64,000 nucleotides of DNA from the human T2T-CHM13v2.0 reference genome, Homo sapiens. Under the pieces are notes generated by a model, which saw only the letters and a list, made by a program, of their open reading frames with translations, searched no databases and had not been told where the DNA came from. The stretch is from assembly GCF_009914755.1 (NCBI RefSeq), contig NC_060934.1. The stretch is one strand, 5' to 3'. This document shows, piece after piece, positions 13,766-27,177 of the stretch; within the stretch, counting starts at the first letter, position 1; every line of letters begins with the position of its first letter. The position numbers and the translations under genes are program-made.

Positions 13766-15181
13766 GAGGACATCAGGAAGATGGCAGACTAGGAAGTTTT
13801 AGGCCCTTGTTTTCCCAAGGAAACGTTAAATAAGAGACTGATTAAATAATTTTATAGAAGCTCTGGGAATCAGTCAAAAATTTATAAGAACCAAGCAAAT
13901 ACCCAACTAAGAAAAATCCACATTAAACATGGCAGGAAATTTTATTGCATTTTTACTCACCCTTGCCCCACCCCGCCCCAAGGCAGCATGGCAGTCTGGG
14001 GGATGTGATGGCCTGCTGCCCAGTTTCCTTCTGCAAATTGGAGAGATTTAGACCATATTTGCAATGTTCTACCCTGTATGACAGAAGCCTGGGAGATTGA
14101 CCTCTGCGTTGCTTAACTAGGAGCTCAGACAGCTAAAAGTGTCACAGTTTGAATTTCAGGCTAGAGGAAGATAGGAGAAGAAGCAGGCATGGCTTGTGAA
14201 AATCACAAGGGTTTTATAGACCCACAGATATCTGGGGCAAGAGATCTTTGAGCAATACAATAGAACAGGTGAGACCCCAAGAAGAAGCAAAGGTGAGACT
14301 ATTAGAGAAATTGAGACATTAACCAGCTGTGTATATGAGGGAATCAGAAAAAAGCATGCACACAGGTCCAAGGAAGATACGTGGCTAGAAAAGGCCTTCA
14401 CAGAGGGCCTATTAGTGAAGGTCTTCCTCTGCTTAGAGTCAGTCTTCAAAGACTGGGAGAGGTGGCTATTTTTTTCAAATGCCCAATTTTCAACAAAAGA
14501 TCACAAGACATTAAAATTAAAAAAAAAATCTGGCCTATTCAAAGGAACAAAATAAATCTTCAAAAGCTCGAAGAAACACAACCATCAGACTTACTAGACA
14601 AAGACTTTAAAACCACTCTCTTAAATACACTTAAAGAGCTAAAGGAAATCAAGAAAAGAATGTATGAGTAAAATGAGAATATAAAAAAAGTAGAAATTAT
14701 AAAAGTCAAATAGAAATTCTGGACAGAAGAACACAATAAGTGATTTAAAAAATTCACCAGAGATGCAACAGCAGTCTTGAATAGACAGAAGAAAGAATCT
14801 GTGAATTTGAAAAAGGTCATTTAAAATCATTGAGTCTGAGGAATAAAAAGAAAAGAGAATAACAAAAAATGAACAGAGCCTAAGGAACTTGCAGGATCCC
14901 ATCAAGTGGACCTACATATGCATTATGAAAGTTCCAGAAGAAGAGGGAAAGAGTCCAGAGAGATTATTTGAAGAAACAATGGCAGAAAATACCCCCAATT
15001 TGAGGAAAGACATAAATGTACAAATGCAAGAAGCTCAAAGAAATCTGAGATAAACCTCAAAGACCCACACCAAGTTAGACTGTCAAAAGCCAATGACAAA
15101 GAGAGAATCTTGAAAGCGGTAAAGTAGCCTGCCACGTACAAAGGATCCTCAATAACATTATCATGTATTTCCCAGCAGGAA
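13766..15181 (+). mobile_element. Old L1M 5'UTR plus degenerate ORF1 (3' part absent)
   Basis: Starts ggacatcaggaagatggcagactagg (L1M 5' end-like). ORF1-like peptide QPSDLLDKDFKTTLLNTLKELKE and later gaagaaacaatggcagaaaatacccc / aaagagagaatcttgaaagc motifs. Confidence 0.8.
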
Positions 15182-15263
15182 TTGTGTAATTTGCCTGAAA
15201 CCAAACAACTAAGAAAAGGTGGACTTGAACCCAGGCCCATTAGTGCAAAGCTCATTCTCTTAA

Positions 15264-15412
15264 CCAGTGGTTCTCAAAGTGTGGTCCCTGGGCCTACAAC
15301 ATCAGCATCACCTGGGAACTGGTCAGAAGTGGAAGTAAAAATTCTCAGGCTTCACCTTGACCTCCTGAATCAGAAATGTCTTTTAATAAAACCTGCAGAT
15401 GTTTGAACTGCT
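15264..15412. mobile_element. MER5A-like remnant
   Basis: cagtggttctcaaagtgtggtccc...catcagcatcacctgggaact. Confidence 0.75.
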
Positions 15413-16097
15413 CTTAACCATTATACAATGGATGCACTGCTTGAAAATGCTTGAGGATTTTTTCTTTTTCTTCTCATAAAAGTATAGCCATATATGACCA
15501 CAACCCATTATCTGCAATTCTGAAAATTCAGAAAACTCTGAACACCAAAAAAACTTTTTTTTAGTCATTTGTGGTAGCAAAATTCTTACCTAAACTAATA
15601 ATTGGTTACTTGGCGTTTTTGTTTATCCTGCTTAGTGTGAATATTCATGTTTCATTGTAAGGGTATGATTGTGTTTAATGACAGTGTGTTGTCTCATAGG
15701 CTGTTGAGGGTTTTTTTGTTTATAGTATATGTGTTATAAATAAATATGCTCTAGTAACAGGCCACTGGAAGAAGTAAAAATTAAAAAATAAACACACGTG
15801 GCCCTATGAGTTTCACATAAAAGATTTTGGATCACTTCAGTAAATAAAGATTACTGGGCTATGATTTTGGAAGCCTGAGTTAAAACCAGACTCTGCTACC
15901 TTGCTACCTTGAAAAGCAATGAGCTCTCTTTTTGCCTTGTTTTCTTCCCTATTTAACTAGGGATTAAAGTAACTAATCTCATAATCTCCTCCAGCCCCAT
16001 CCACTAGAGATATACCTGAACATACTTGGAGCACAGATTTTTAGTTATTTCTTTAATTCTGTTATTTTCTCAGCAGGTTACTCTTCATTTGATATTA

Positions 16098-16173
16098 TCA
16101 GGTTGGAGCAAAAGTAATTGTGATTTTTATTACTTTTAATGGCAAAACCCACGATTACTTTTGCACCAACCTA
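16098..16173. mobile_element. Made1 (Hsmar1-derived MITE)
   Basis: tcaggttggagcaaaagtaattg...ttacttttgcaccaaccta inverted-repeat structure with TA on both flanks. Confidence 0.92.
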
Positions 16174-17084
16174 TAAGATGCTTTCCATCTTCCTCTCTTA
16201 TCTTGGTGCAAGAAAACTAAGTGGTGTGACCATGTGTATACATAAATATTTTTAAAAGGACCTCCCCCAAACTCAATCATGATTATTTGTGTTATAGGGG
16301 AGCCTAAGAACAGGAGTGACAATTTTTTTTAAGGCACTGTTACTACCCACTAAGTTCAGAGAGACTTGGTTTTATTAAGTATGCTAGAAAAGAAATAAAA
16401 GAATCCCACTGGTCTTTCTGGGAAGATATCCAGGAGTCTCCTATCCAAGAGATAGGAGTCACAGGCTGTCTGTCCACAGCCGGTAGAAGAGGAGTGAGAC
16501 AGGACCCAAGATGATAGACTGTCTGCTCTCAGCATGTGTGTTTAGGGAACATGAGACCAGAATGAGACACTTCCTGCAATGCACCCGCTAAGTCTTGATA
16601 GCATCTTGTAGAATTGCTGCTGCTGACTTATGCCCCAGCTGTGCAAGGATGCTTTTGGTATGGAGCCCCTGGTGAGGATGACTTTTTGCTGAAAAAAAAA
16701 AAAAATTGGTCCTGTTGATCCTGTAACCAAGTAAGCTTTGGCATTTAAGTGTGAAGACTGAAAACCCACTGTTGAGTGAGCTGTTATCCTGATTTAAACT
16801 TTAAATGGTACATTTTGCCTTTTCTTGTGACAAGGTGTTCTTTTTGACCTTCTCCAGGTAAAATATTTTTCCATATTCTAAGAATAAAAAAACTCAATAA
16901 ATTATTTATTCCCGTCAGGCAGGAGCTTGCTCAAAATATCTATATTGAGCAATTATAAAAGCCTTGGAAATTTCCATCTTCAACCTTAGAAATGACTGAT
17001 TGAATTCCAATTAGGGAATCATGGACAGGAGAGAATTGGAAGGAGAAGTATTTCCTGTAACAAAGTTGGAATTATAAAAAAATA

Positions 17085-17379
17085 GGCCAAGTGCAGTGGC
17101 TCATGCCTGTAATCCCAGCACTTTGGGAGGCTGAGGTGGGCGGATCACCTGAGGTCAGAAGCTGGAGACCAGCCTGGCCAACATGGTGAAACCCGATCTC
17201 TACTAAAAATACAAAAATTAGGTGGGCATGATGGCATGCACCTGTAATCCCAGCTACTCGGGAGGCTGAGGTGGGAGAATTGCTTGAACCCAGGAGGCAG
17301 AGGTTTAGCGCCATTGCACTCCAGACTGGGCAACAGAGTGAGACTCCATCTCAAAAAAAAGAAAAAAAAAAAAGAAAAA
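17085..17379 (+). mobile_element. AluS
   Basis: Full dimer with A tail. Confidence 0.95.
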
Positions 17380-17389
17380 TAGTCTACGT

Positions 17390-17598
17390 CAAGATTGCCC
17401 AACCCTCCTTATTTTGTTGTTGTTGTTGTTGTTGTTGTTCTGTTTTGTTGGGTTTTATCAGCCCGAAGCCATGGTTTTTAATTTCTGTCTCTAGTAGTAA
17501 GCAGAAAAGTGGGATGAGGAAGGGGCTTTACTGGCCCAACCAGACCAGACACAGAAACTAAGAAGCCATGACTGTATTCTCTCCCTTGGGCACCCCTG
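17390..17598 (-). mobile_element. hAT-type non-autonomous DNA element (MER107-like) containing (TTG)n
   Basis: caagattgccc...gggcacccctg termini; 8-bp TSD-like gtctacgt/ctctacat (6/8); internal sequence matches remembered MER107. Confidence 0.6.
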
Positions 17599-19365
17599 CT
17601 CTACATGCTTTCTATGGCCTCTTCTTCCTGAATGTATTCTTTCCCTCCATTCAAGGTTCCACTTGTTAAATATGATCTTCCCCTCTCACGGAAGTGCCAC
17701 TGTTTCCTTGATTTCTCATAAGTTTCTTCCTCTCTTATTCTTGCCTTAGGCCATCTTCTCATCTTTTTCCCCACTCCACTTTCTTCCCCTTACGTCCCCA
17801 CTCCTCCTTCCATCCTCCCCTCCCACACACTCCTCCAAATCCCAAAATAACGAGTGCAGAAGAGAATACATGGCATGTTCAAGCTTGAGAGTGGTGGTCA
17901 GGGTTAAGCAAGCGAGAATGAGAGTGATTCTTTTATTTTTCCCAAACTTGAGTGATTAGGCTATTACTATTTCCCTTTAGGATAAAGATTAAAGACTGTT
18001 AAAAAGTTGTTAAATTCTTAAAAAGGACTAATTTTGTGACTCCCAGTAGTAATAGTCTGAAAATGTTCAGAGGTTTCGAATTTAATTTTTTTCATTTCAT
18101 GTATTTTAAACTGAAATCATATCATTCACATCTAATGGTGGTTTCATTCTATGAGCAAATTATTTCTGATATATATAGTATATGTATATATGCATATGCA
18201 CACTCACTTCTGTATATACAACTTGATTTGTAATAATTTTAATATGTTTAAATAATTTTATGAGTTTTAAAAGATACGATTCATCGTCTTAACTCTGGAA
18301 GGTACCTTTAAAAGTATCTCTTGCACTCTCATCATTTTACAGATGAGTATTTTCAAAGAAATAATTTGAGTAGCAGACAGACTTCAGCCTGGAATCCAGT
18401 TCCTGAGACTCCTAGTTCATCATTCCTTTTACTAAACCCTAATGTCTCCCACGCAGATTCTAATTATATCTTATGAATTTTTAAACTTCCAAGATTAGAG
18501 AATTGCAAGATTGAAGTTTTTCATAGACTAGTTGTAATGAGAGCAAATATAAATTAGAAGGTGATTGGAAGTGAATCAGAAGCCTGAATTTATAGCTTCT
18601 AGGATGCTACTTAAATTAAAAAGTTAATTATAATGTGAATATGAATGAAAAGTTTATTGCTCATTATTTAAAATATATACACATTTATAAGAAACTTCAT
18701 AGAAAACACTTGGATGTTCATTTTTCTTGTGTCTATAATACCCAGTAACTGTTATATTGTATAATAGAATTCATTAGTTTTAAAATATGTCAAAATCCAT
18801 TGACATGTCAAGTAGAGAAATTATATCTCTTGGAGCCTTGAACACTCTTTTGAAGGATTGATAACAGCTCCTGGTGAAAATTGAAGCTAGATTTGGTGAC
18901 TTAATGTGGTCCTTTCAGGGATAGAAATCCATCCATGTATTAATGGAGTGTAGACAATTATTGGTGGTGACAATCAATACGTTTTATTAGATAGCAAAAG
19001 GAGAACAAAGGAGAAGCCTGACTTGCAAATGTTTATTTCTGTTAGCATTCAGTCATCCTTACCTCCTAGTCCATACCAGGGCTGGTTTTGAACTGTTGTC
19101 GTGATACAGTCACATACACACAGTGTGAGAGAAGCTTCCAAGGGGGGATGTTTGAGCACGCCAGACTTTAGTGGCAGACAGACAAGATTTGAAAACTGGT
19201 TCTGCTACTAACTTGTGACTCTGGGCCCAATACATGACACAGTTGCCCAAACCTCATTGTCTTCATCTTAAAAAAGAGAATGCTAAGATTTGTGTCCCAA
19301 GGTAGTGTCATCATGTCTGCAAAGTACTTGGCTTATGGGCCTCTAAATAAGTGGCAGCGATTACT

Positions 19366-19399
<34 letters not shown>

Positions 19400-19409
19400 C
19401 CATCATCAT
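19366..19409. repeat. (CAT)n trinucleotide microsatellite
   Basis: About 14 units with one CAC interruption. Confidence 0.95.
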
Positions 19410-19940
19410 TGTTTTGCTATTTTGAAATGCATGACTATATGAGTATTTATGTGCATTTTTCTAGGAATAGTTTCTAGTGTTCATAATTTTGACCATCCCT
19501 TGATTTCACCTTTTTCTAAGTTGAGCAGCAGCATCCTTTTGACAGGTACCCATCAGTTATATAATCTGGAAGTTGTTCAGCTCCTCATGGCACTGCATGC
19601 TATTAAAATACAGGAGAATCCAACTTAATATTCTGTGTCCAGACCACAAGCACAGTTAGCAGACAGAGGTTTTCTTTCCAGTGACTTTTCAAATCTCTCA
19701 CCAGCAAGGAATAGACCATTGAAAAAAACTTTGCCCTACAAATTGATAATGAAACAAGAGCAAATGGCGACTTAGCCTAACACACATCTCTTAACTAACT
19801 CCTTGATTCCTTCTCCAGGATATCAAAAATTAATGATAAGTATGTGATAGCATATGTGTTTCATGGAATGGGTTTAGCTTTATGTGGATTTTCTGTTTTT
19901 AGCACCTGTACCTACAAAAGAGTTCATTTGCATAAGTGGG

Positions 19941-19942
19941 GT

Positions 19943-19982
<40 letters not shown>
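19941..19982. repeat. (TG)n microsatellite
   Basis: gtgtgtgagtgtgt...gt. Confidence 0.95.
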
Positions 19983-19985
<3 letters not shown>

Positions 19986-20918
19986 AATAAATTCTTATTC
20001 TCTTTCTCAGTGTAGCATTCCTTGGTAATATGAGTGGAGTTTTCTGTTTGTTACATGGTGGGCGAGTTGGTTCATTTCTGGATAAATGGCAAATTTTAAT
20101 TTTGTATGTTCTTTCCTTTTTATCTTAGGAGCAAATGCTTCTTTGTGCAGGCAGACAAGCTTAGATTATGTTAAAAATATATATATCACTGGTTAGAGAC
20201 CACCATTTCTTGCTTCCAGAACAGTTTCACAACTTGATCTCTCATCCCTGCCAGCATGAGCCGTTTTCAGTCAAGGGATATCCATGTAATCCACAGGGAA
20301 TCCCTTGATCATAAGCTTAGTAGGCTGGAGCATGGAAGGGGAGGTTCAGGATCACAGTAACCATATGACCCATCCTAAGAAGATCAAGTACTATGTGTGT
20401 GTGGTGGGTGTGAATCTCAGCCCAGCAACTCAGATTTAAAAGATACTCCATTCCAAATCTTTACTTACCTGCCAAGCTGATGACTGGCAGGAATTTAGTC
20501 TCAGCCCTGACTGACAAAGGTTGTACAAGATCCTGGAGTCTTTCCCAGCAGCTGAGGACCCCTCTGGTTATATGTGTTTGTCCCAGCTAGTTGTCAGTAG
20601 AACCCATCAGCACAGCCTCATGTCCCTTCAGTTTTGGGGACTGGCAAAGCTGGAGCCCCAGGGCCTAGAGTCCAGCCTTTGTGGGTACACACAACATTTG
20701 ACCTCTGAGAGTCTGCCATCTTCCCAGGCAGGCCTGGGGCCAGGTGGCGGGTCCTTTGGTCCTTGCAAGACCCATGGACTTCTCCCCCTTTCCAGTCATG
20801 AGGACCCTCTCCTCTCTACCTTGGTGCATCTCCAAGGCATTCCTCTCCAGACACCCTGTGTCATCTCTTCAACAGCTCAGGATTTGGGAAGACAAAATAC
20901 TATATAGAAATGGAAGTG

Positions 20919-21187
20919 CACTTTGGAAGGCCGAGGCGGGCGGATCATGAGATCAAGAGATCGAGACCATCCTGGCCAACATGGTGAAACCGTATCTCTA
21001 CTAAAAATACAAATATTAGCTGGGCATGGTGGCACGCACCTGTAGTCCAAGTAGGCTACAGGAGGCTGAGGCAGGAGAATCGCTTGAACCATGGAGATGG
21101 AGGTTGCAGTGAGCCGTGAGCACTACACTGCACTCCAGCCTGGGTGACAGAGCGAGACTCCGTCTCAAAAAAGAAAAAAAAAAAAAA
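20919..21187 (+). mobile_element. 5'-truncated AluS
   Basis: Begins at cactttggaaggccgagg; 13-bp TSD agaaatggaagtg at 20906-20918 and 21188-21200. Confidence 0.95.
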
Positions 21188-21612
21188 AGAAATGGAAGTG
21201 GCTTGTGCACAGTCTCTGCTTTTAGCCCTGGATGAAAACTGTCTTGAGGTCCTGTCTTCTTTCAGATGAAGAAATGAAGGAAATATGTATCTTAGTAAAT
21301 TATCCTGCATGTTTTGAGAGATTCAAACATAGAAAGTTAAGGAATGTGTGTGCAGGAAATATTTAAATAGAAAATAGATTAGCTACAAAGGAATGTGTGT
21401 ACAGGAAATAACAATAACTACAGTTGCAGAAAATAGCATCTGGTACCAGTTGGTGACCCTGGGGCAGGACGCTGGAACTCACAGCAATCAGGAGTGGGAT
21501 TACTTTACACTGGGGATCATCTGTACTTTTTGAAGTTTATTAACCTATGCATGTAATGATTTCTAAAAATAAGAAGTTTGCTGGAATCTTAAAAGTGCAT
21601 GAATAGATTTAA

Positions 21613-21921
<309 letters not shown>

Positions 21922-23675
21922 CACAATTATTTTCATTACCGAAAACTGTTATTTGTTTTATAGAAACATTCAATGAAGAAATCTGTTCTGCCAAAACCAT
22001 TTGAAGTTTTTCCTGAAGTTTTATATCAAGAAAATAATAAAATGAAAAAATACCGGATTTTAAAACTTTGACATATTCAAATTTAGATTTGTTAATTAAA
22101 ATTCTATGTACATAGAATGTTTCTTATAGAAACTAATTTATTGCATTAGGGAAATATTCCTGCATAGGCTTACGTGCTACTTTTGGGGGTCTGAAAGTGA
22201 ACCAACTTGCAGAACTTATATGATTATCTAGCAAGATTCACTCATTACAGAATTGTCTCATCTCCTTCAATGTGTCAACTTGGAAGAAACTTAAGCCATA
22301 TTCAGACTGTGAAAAGATACATTTAGAAAAACTATTTTAAACCTCTGGAAACAGCACATATTTGGCCAGATGATGCTGATCGCCCTTGGTGGACTTGAAA
22401 TATAGCAGCCAAAATTGTCTTCTGTGCTGTGTGGCCAATCTGCAGTGAAGAGGGCCCATTATGTGCACTCATGAGAAAACTTATGATTTACAGTCCTTGC
22501 ACCCAGCTGGGCCACATAGTTGACACTTATGCTTTTGAATATCATTTTTTGGTTCTGGAGGTAATGGCAGCTGTATACAACTTTTCTAAGCAAGAAGTTA
22601 TGCTATTCCTTTGAGGAATCTTTCCCAGATCTGGTTTCTTGCAAGGTTTTGAGGAGTCTTACTGAGGCACAGAAAATTTACCCCAGATAAGCATCAGACT
22701 TGAAAGTAGCCATCAGTCAGCTTCTCATTTAGCTGGTGTCGGTGGGGTACATGTCAATTTGACAGAGCCCATGGTGGGCAAAAAAGAATTTGCAAATAAT
22801 GGAATTTATTAATGCAGCCTCAACTTATGAAAATTACTGAGATTCAAGACACTAGAGGAAAGGGAAAAAATCACATATAATCTCCCTCTCGTGGAAAAGC
22901 ACTTGCCATCATCCTTGAACAATGATAGAGCAGAGTTTAATTGCTTTGTAGTTACTGGGTAAGATCTGGTGTCAAGGACTTGAGTCTGCTCTACTATCTT
23001 TTTCCTGGCTCTTTGTTTGGAAATAAATACTAGCAATAATTGATGGTAAGTCCTCAGTTCCTAACAGTGTCACTGTGCTTTAATTTGAAGAGGCAACTTG
23101 AATCCAAAAATGTGCTTGAGTCAAGCATTTATTTTAAAATAAATAAATCCAAGGATAAATCCTGAACCTACAGATGGACCAACCTCCTGTGTCTTCTACT
23201 AAGTACAGTTCAGAGGCCCTAAGGCAAACTCGGATGTCATAATTTCAGTTTTAGAAAATAGCATTTATACATTTTAGAAATACTTTTAATGTGGGTTGAA
23301 ATAAAAATGATTTTCTAGATGAGTCTGGCTTAATTAGAAAATGTAATGAGCTCCATTTCCTAGTTTGCCTCCAAGTTGTAACTTCAATTTCATCTTGTGG
23401 GCAGTCTCAGTTGTTAGTAGCTGCTTGAAGCAATGGGCTGAGAGAGACGGCGAGGCCAAGGGCAGGCTCAGGAAAGAACAGCGTGATTGACTATCATTGC
23501 CAACATTGGGCGTGTGAGTCAGGAGAGGCAGCATGTATTTGTTATTTTGGCTATAACTTTTCTATCAACTCAGGAAGAGAACTGGAATTCTTGAGCTAAT
23601 AAACAATGCCTCCCTCATGATCATTTTCTGAAACTTATGTTGTCCATTGCAATTGTTCATCACCGATTCTGGTGT

Positions 23676-23711
23676 GTCAGGATGGCTGAGTGGTCTAAGG
23701 CACTGAGTTCA
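23676..23711 (+). pseudogene. tRNA-Leu(CAG) 5'-half retropseudogene (tailless type)
   Basis: GTCAGGATGGCTGAGTGGTCTAAGGCACTGAGTTCA versus tRNA-Leu-CAG GTCAGGATGGCCGAGCGGTCTAAGGCGCTGCGTTCA: 4 differences, all at CpG sites. It stops in the anticodon loop and is flanked by an 18/21 direct repeat (23655-23675, 23707-23727). Confidence 0.85.
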
Positions 23712-24014
23712 TCACAGATTCTGATATTTGGTCCCCTACTCCATCAAAATATCCAGGAGAATTTCATATATAAGAATCCCAACCCATGTCCAGACTCTAT
23801 TTTTGGGGTCTCTGAGATGGCTTAATAAATAGTGGAAGGGGGTAAAAATTTCCCTTTACCCTTCTAAATTCTGGGCTGAGATCACCTGCTCCAAAAGGCG
23901 GATTAAGAAGAAGAAAAAAACAAACACAAGCTTATATGTACATTTCATATGTATTTGGGAGATACCCAGAGAATGAGCAAATCTCTCTCATTTTTGAAGT
24001 TTAATTAAAAAAAA

Positions 24015-24305
24015 ATTTTTAGAGGCAGAGTCTTGCTCTGTTGCCCAGGCTAGAGTGCAGTGGCATGATCATAGTTCACTGTAACCTCAAATTCCTAGGT
24101 TCAAGCAATCCTCCTTCCTCAGCCTTCTGAGTAGTTAGGACTACAGGCACATACTACCATACCTGGCTAATGTTTAAAGTTTTTTGGTAGAGACAGGGTC
24201 TTGCTGTGTTGACCAGGTTGGTGTTACTCTCCTGGCCTCAAGCAGTCCTCTTGCCTCAGCCTCCAAAAATGATTGGATTACAGGTGTGAGCCACCATGCC
24301 CAGCT
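24015..24305 (-). mobile_element. AluJ nested in MER34-like LTR
   Basis: Reverse Alu; gagaatgag on both flanks. Confidence 0.92.
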
Positions 24306-24451
24306 GAGAATGAGAAATTCTCAAAAAGGTGACTTCTAACTCTGGCTTACATAGCATCTTCAGTAAATAACAATACATTTTTGGAGAAGTGACAAGACAA
24401 AGGAAAAAGACCTAGAGTCTGTAGAGGCAACAAATCATGGGAACGCAAATG

Positions 24452-25101
<650 letters not shown>

Positions 25102-26262
25102 TATAAGAAACTAATGACAGATAAACGCTAGTTAATTAAGGTTGTTATGTAGATTCCTCTGGGGTTGGTCTCCAGGCTGATAAGAGTCTAAAGTTGTCTC
25201 TGGTGTTGAACATTGTCCTTCCTGGTAGAGAAGGGAGGAGGACACTTTTGTAAACTCATGTCCTGCTTTTAGGCAAATGGGGGAGACAGAGATATTTCCC
25301 TGTGTTTTCTTCTCTATTGCCTTCAGCTCAAAATAATCCTTTTGCCAAAGTGGCATATTTTCAGGTGGCATATTCTGCTCCCCTTCAAAAGCATCCTTCT
25401 TCCTGAACAAATTGACAATTCTGACAAGGAGTAGCAGATGGAGGCCAAATGATCGCCTTAATGACAAAGGCTAAATTGGAAGATGTAGCTTAATGTGAGA
25501 TCCAAACATCTTCCTCACTGAACCCCAGAACTAGGTAGGCTTATCACCCAGGCACAGCCAGTGCTAGACTAGGGCACATCTGGACATGAAGGGGCTTGTC
25601 CAGGCAAGACTTGAGGCATGGGTGTTGAGGGTGGGATAGGTCTCCCAAGAAGAAGCAAGGGAACAAGCTGATAACTCTTCCTCAGTCTCACAATCAGCTC
25701 ATTCATTCCTCCTCCTAGGGCAGTGTGAGTAAAGGTTTGGAGAAAGATGAAAGGCAAGCTCGCGTCACATCACACAAGCATCCTTGAACCTGGAAGATGG
25801 CATTAGGAATGGAGCAGATGAATTTCCCTCAATGGTGCCCATATTTCTATCTGCCTTACCTTAAAAATGTATTCCATATCTCTCCACTTTTCCCCATCCC
25901 TAGCATTCACACGGTGGTTCAAGCTGCCACCGTCCTTCGTCTAGGCTCCATGCTATTGCAGCGGTCTTCTAATTGTTCTCCTGCTGCGACCCTTGTCCCC
26001 CTGCAACCCATTTCTGACAAACATCAGGGGTCATCCTTGTGGAGGGTAAATCAGATCATGTTCCACCCCTGTCCAATCCACTGTGTCTTTTCATCACACA
26101 GTATAAATCACAACCTCACACCGTGTCCAATAGCCCTGTGTAATTTAACTCTTCACCAACCCCTTTGACGTCCCCCCAACTCTGCCCCACGTCACTCCCT
26201 AGATTTAACCACTTTGGCCTTCCTGATGTTCTTCCAACACTCCAACCTCATTTCTGCCTTGA

Positions 26263-26697
<435 letters not shown>

Positions 26698-27177
26698 TAA
26701 AGAAGCAACCTTTTCCTTAATGTCTGTCATTTCATCCTACTTCTCTCACACCTGCCATCTTTTTATCTGTGTGTTTACTTATGTATTCGTTGTTTCCTCA
26801 CCCAGGGCAAGTAAGCCCCATGAAAACAGGGGTTTTGCCTGGGTGCCTTTCAGAACTTGGAGAGCTCATCATGGATTTGGCATTCCATAAATATCAATTT
26901 AGAGGGTATAAATACATGACCCCAAAATCATCAGACAGATTATGTCCTGAATTTTAATTCAGAGAATACAGTTGAAGTAATGATTATGTCTTTTGTAAAA
27001 AACAAAAACAATCAAACATAACCTGGCAGTGAGAGAATATGTCCTAACAGAAAGCAACTCTGCTAGTGAATCTGGAATTCACTGTCATGGACCTCATGTC
27101 CCAGGACATTCATGACTTGGGGGAAAAACACCCAGAATTTGGTCCCTCTGCCTGGATATTTTATTTTGAAACTTGGA

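Noticed and set aside
16682-16704. Internal A run suggesting a processed pseudogene tail
   Set aside because: No polyA signal, TSD or recognisable parent transcript upstream.
19280-19477. Poly-Ser ORF (and poly-Cys, poly-Glu or CV-repeat ORFs at 17271, 26192, 55174)
   Set aside because: Translations of microsatellites.
23676-23760. Functional tRNA-Leu gene
   Set aside because: The 3' half, B-box and acceptor-stem partner are absent; similarity ends at the anticodon.
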